From: Vicugna vicugna
Lineage: Eukaryota
Assembly: GCA_013265495.1 (NCBI GenBank)
Contig: MU058252.1
Location: 1,894,244-1,958,243, forward strand
Length of the DNA stretch: 64,000 nt
Direction: 5' to 3'
Each line of letters opens with the position of its first letter. Positions within the stretch are counted from its first letter, which is position 1. This document shows, piece after piece, positions 60,881 through 64,000 of this stretch. The translations under genes and the position numbers were made by a program. The notes under the pieces are model-generated. The model was not told the DNA's origin. It made no database searches and saw nothing but the letters and a program-made list of their open reading frames with translations.

Positions 60881-60987
60881 AAATGGTGATCGTCTGTGGC
60901 TTAGGGGACAAGGATGGAAGAATCAGGGCACAGGAATCTCTCTACCCGTCTACCTAACTTCCAGTCACAGATCCAGCCCTTGCTCAT

Positions 60988-61034
60988 TCCAGGGTACCAA
61001 TGGTGTGACGTGTCCAGGGTACCAATGGTGTGAC
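60988..61034. repeat. Perfect 22-bp direct repeat with 3-bp spacer
   Basis: tccagggtaccaatggtgtgac at 60988-61009 and 61013-61034. Confidence 0.92.
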
Positions 61035-61432
61035 AGCTACTGTGTCCCACGGGAAGAGAGATCTGTCGGCCAGAGTTCTTACACCATTCACCCAGTGGGG
61101 GAGACACATTGCTGTTATCTGCATGTGCATGTTACCTGAGAGTCATTCCTCCTCCTGTGAACCCATCATCCCTCTGTGTCAGCATAACTGTGTGCATCGG
61201 AGAAGCTGAGGACGGTGGGTGGGGCACCAGAGGTGGGGGGAAGATGAGCAGTTTCATCACAACAAGTCTTCATGACTGCCGTCACTCATTTGGCTTGAAT
61301 GCAGGGCTGCACAAAACCCAGCAAACAATTTCCATTTCTAAAGCACGTGAGTGTGACTCTGTGTGATCCTGGACCACATCTGTCCAGAAGAAGGTGTGTT
61401 TGCCCAACAAGTACAAGGCATCAAGTAACGAG

Positions 61433-61476
61433 TGATATACAATGTTGTCAGTCAGCTGTACTTCAGTAAAAAAAAG
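61433..61476 (+). mobile_element. L1 3' tip
   Basis: gatatacaatgttgtcagtcagctgtacttcagt followed by an A-run. Confidence 0.6.
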
Positions 61477-62404
61477 ACAGGTAATTCTCCTCCCTGTTTA
61501 AAAGGCTTGTACCAGCAAAAAAAAAAAAAAGAAAAAAAGAAAAGAAAAAAGGAAAAAGTAGATTCTTACAGCAACTCAATTCAACACAATCAATATGATC
61601 GATATGTATGGAGAACTTGCTATGGAAAAAAAAATCTAGTGCTGTACTAATCAATGTAGAGGAGAATTAAGAAATGAGGGCAAATTGCTTCATTCTCCTT
61701 TTTTATAGGACTTGCCCTTGACAAGTGCTGTGTCTAAGCTCATTGCCAAATGACTGAATAACCATAGCAAGTTTTTTCACTAAAAAAACAAAAAGAATGC
61801 ACGTCTAAATAATTTACTATAAACACTAAATAATTATATAAACACTCTTTGAAAATATAAACACCAGGCATAATTGGTGGCTGACTCCGAGGCTTCAAGC
61901 TAGACCTGGGAATACTGTGTTGGTGAAGGAAGTGGGAACCAGTATGAATTCTGGACTATTCTGTACACAAGTCTTGATGCTATTTCATTCTACAAGAACC
62001 TTTAAAGATCCCTGAGAAAAAATTCTAAGAATCTCCCACAAAACTCCAGGTTTATGGTTTCTGTGTCGCACCGGGAAGAATTACAAGGCAAGTGAAGTAT
62101 CTCCTTCAGGGGTCTCTCAGTTTATGTCATGGTCCGCCCACCACTTTAAAAAAATATTTTTTTTGCTCATACGTAGTAGAAGGGAAGTAATACAGGTGAT
62201 GACGTGCTTAAAAAAGGAGAAGCCCTGCCTCTCACCTCCTAATGTAATACACACTTTTGAACAAAGCATAATTTTTTTCTTAAGTCTTGATTTATAAAAT
62301 GACTGTAACAAAGGCATCACTTAAATTGGACATAAAAAAGCTAGGTCTATTTTTTTTAAGATAATTGATTGAAATGTCTTCAGGAAAAACTATGGTGAGC
62401 TTAT

Positions 62405-62855
62405 TAAAGCCATAAAAAAGAATAAAATAATGCCATTTGCAGCAACATGGATGGAACTAGAGATCATCATACTAAGTGAACTAAGCCAGAAACAGAAAGA
62501 AAAATGCTATATGAAATCACTTACTTATGGAATCTAAAAAAAAAAGACACAAATGAACTTATTTACAAAACAGAGATAGACTCACAGACATAGAAGACAA
62601 ACTTATGGTTGCTGGGGGGAAGGGGGTAGGGAGGGTTAAATTGGCTAAATTCATAGACACTAACTATTATATATAAAATAGATAAACAACAAGGTCCTAC
62701 TGTACAGCACAGGGAACTCTATTCAATACCTTGTAATGGCCTATAGTGCAAAAGAATATGAAAAAGAATGTATGCATGTGTGACTTAATCACCACGTTGC
62801 ATGCCAGAAACTAGCACAACGGTGTAAATCACTAGACTTCAATTTTAAGGAAAAG
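62405..62855 (+). mobile_element. L1 ORF2 end and 3'UTR
   Basis: agccataaaaaagaataaaataatgccatttgcagcaacatggatgg..tgtaaatcactagacttcaat. Confidence 0.92.
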
Positions 62856-64000
62856 ACTTCTTGTTAAAAATGAGTAAGTAAGGAAGGAAATATGCCCAGA
62901 ACGACCTAGTCCCTCCCAAGGACCACAGCTCAGGCCACCCCCTCCAGTTTGGACCTGTACAGGACTGAGTCTTCGTCCCACACAATTAAGCACTTAATGA
63001 AATACTTTTTTCACACTTTTCAGACAGTTTCCTGTGTGCGGGTTACGTGGGATGTCACTGGCCTGTGCTTTTGGAATCACGGTACCTCAAGGCTCTCAGG
63101 ACGTGTTGCAGCGGGTACGCGGTTGCCAGGTCCTTGAAACGACACCTAAATAGCAAGACTGGGGCCCCAGTCAGGGTCACCTCAGGGTTCCAACCATCGA
63201 GCTGTCCCTCCCAGCAGCAAGGCCGGGAAAAGCCTCCAGGAGGGTCTCAGGCTCGATTAGTTCTTGAAATGTGTGTAGGGCTCAGAAGTGCGGAGTTCTT
63301 AGTGATCAGAGCAGCTTCAGCAAAGGGCCAGGAGCTGGCCGTCCCCCCGCAGACTGACTTCCTGTAACACTTTGGACTGCGAGAGAGAGAACAACTGGAT
63401 CCGCCCACTGAGAAAAGCAAAATGAAGGCACAACAGCCCGTCTGGGCGACGTGATATCTCAGGGACACGTCACCACTGTAATGGCCTGGAAGGGCTGATG
63501 CTGGCAATTCAGGCTTGCTGTTGGCAGTCCTGAATCTGGGGTCAGACTTTATGATCAGGGTTGTTGTCGGCGAAGGTGTAGGAAGAATGAAAAGTCCACG
63601 GTCTCATGACCTCTTCTGCTGTCTTGAATTTAAATCTCCTCATCTTGAGTCAGGAAGATTTGTTTCCGAAGCGGAATGAAAAAGACACTGGATTGCTGAG
63701 CCAAGAGCAAATTGTGTTCCTGGCTCTGACTGGCAAGGCAAACCCTCGCTGTCTGTCTCCTTTCCTCCCAAGTGGGGAGAAAGCCTCCCCTTGACACCGT
63801 ACAGAGTGGATATGAGGACAGAATGAGATAATAGATGCAAAAAAGCACCTTGAGGGAAATTACAAGGGCCCCAGGTATGAGGTTGTTACAACGCTCTTTT
63901 TGCTGTGGAAACTGGGCCTTTCCCAGAGTGAAAATTGTGGATGTTCAATCTCATGGGGGATTCAGACTTCACTGGAAAGCATACCATGACGTTGCATTCT

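Overview
This is mammalian genomic DNA, most likely from a camelid (camel, alpaca or llama). The evidence is two copies of a short tRNA-derived SINE of the camelid (vic-1-like) type, cetartiodactyl-style L1 3' ends and ERV1 solo LTRs, and no Alu, B1, Bov-tA or PRE-1 elements that I could see. I recognise no host protein-coding gene, rRNA, true tRNA or CRISPR array. The only ORF-track proteins with recognisable homology are LINE-1 ORF2 fragments and decayed ERVL gag/RNase H remnants; the rest look like chance ORFs in GC-rich DNA. The window reads as intergenic or deep-intronic sequence with many layered transposable elements: about 25 L1 pieces of several ages, MaLR/ERV1/ERVL LTRs, MIR, L2, MER5 and MER53. 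I found no convincing new biological system. The best leads are: (1) a small CpG-dense candidate promoter with a splice donor at about 4.1 kb; (2) a weak chain of minus-strand splice-site pairs suggesting a lncRNA; (3) a MER41-like LTR carrying STAT, kB-like, YY1, ETS and AP-1 motifs; (4) an inverted pair of young L1 copies; (5) clear mutational fossils, namely a 54-bp templated insertion, a double-truncated ORF2 insertion, an internally deleted LTR with its full-length relative in the window, and reciprocal CpG decay in a TSD. Repeat family names come from recalled consensus sequences, not a database search. Boundaries without a stated TSD are approximate.
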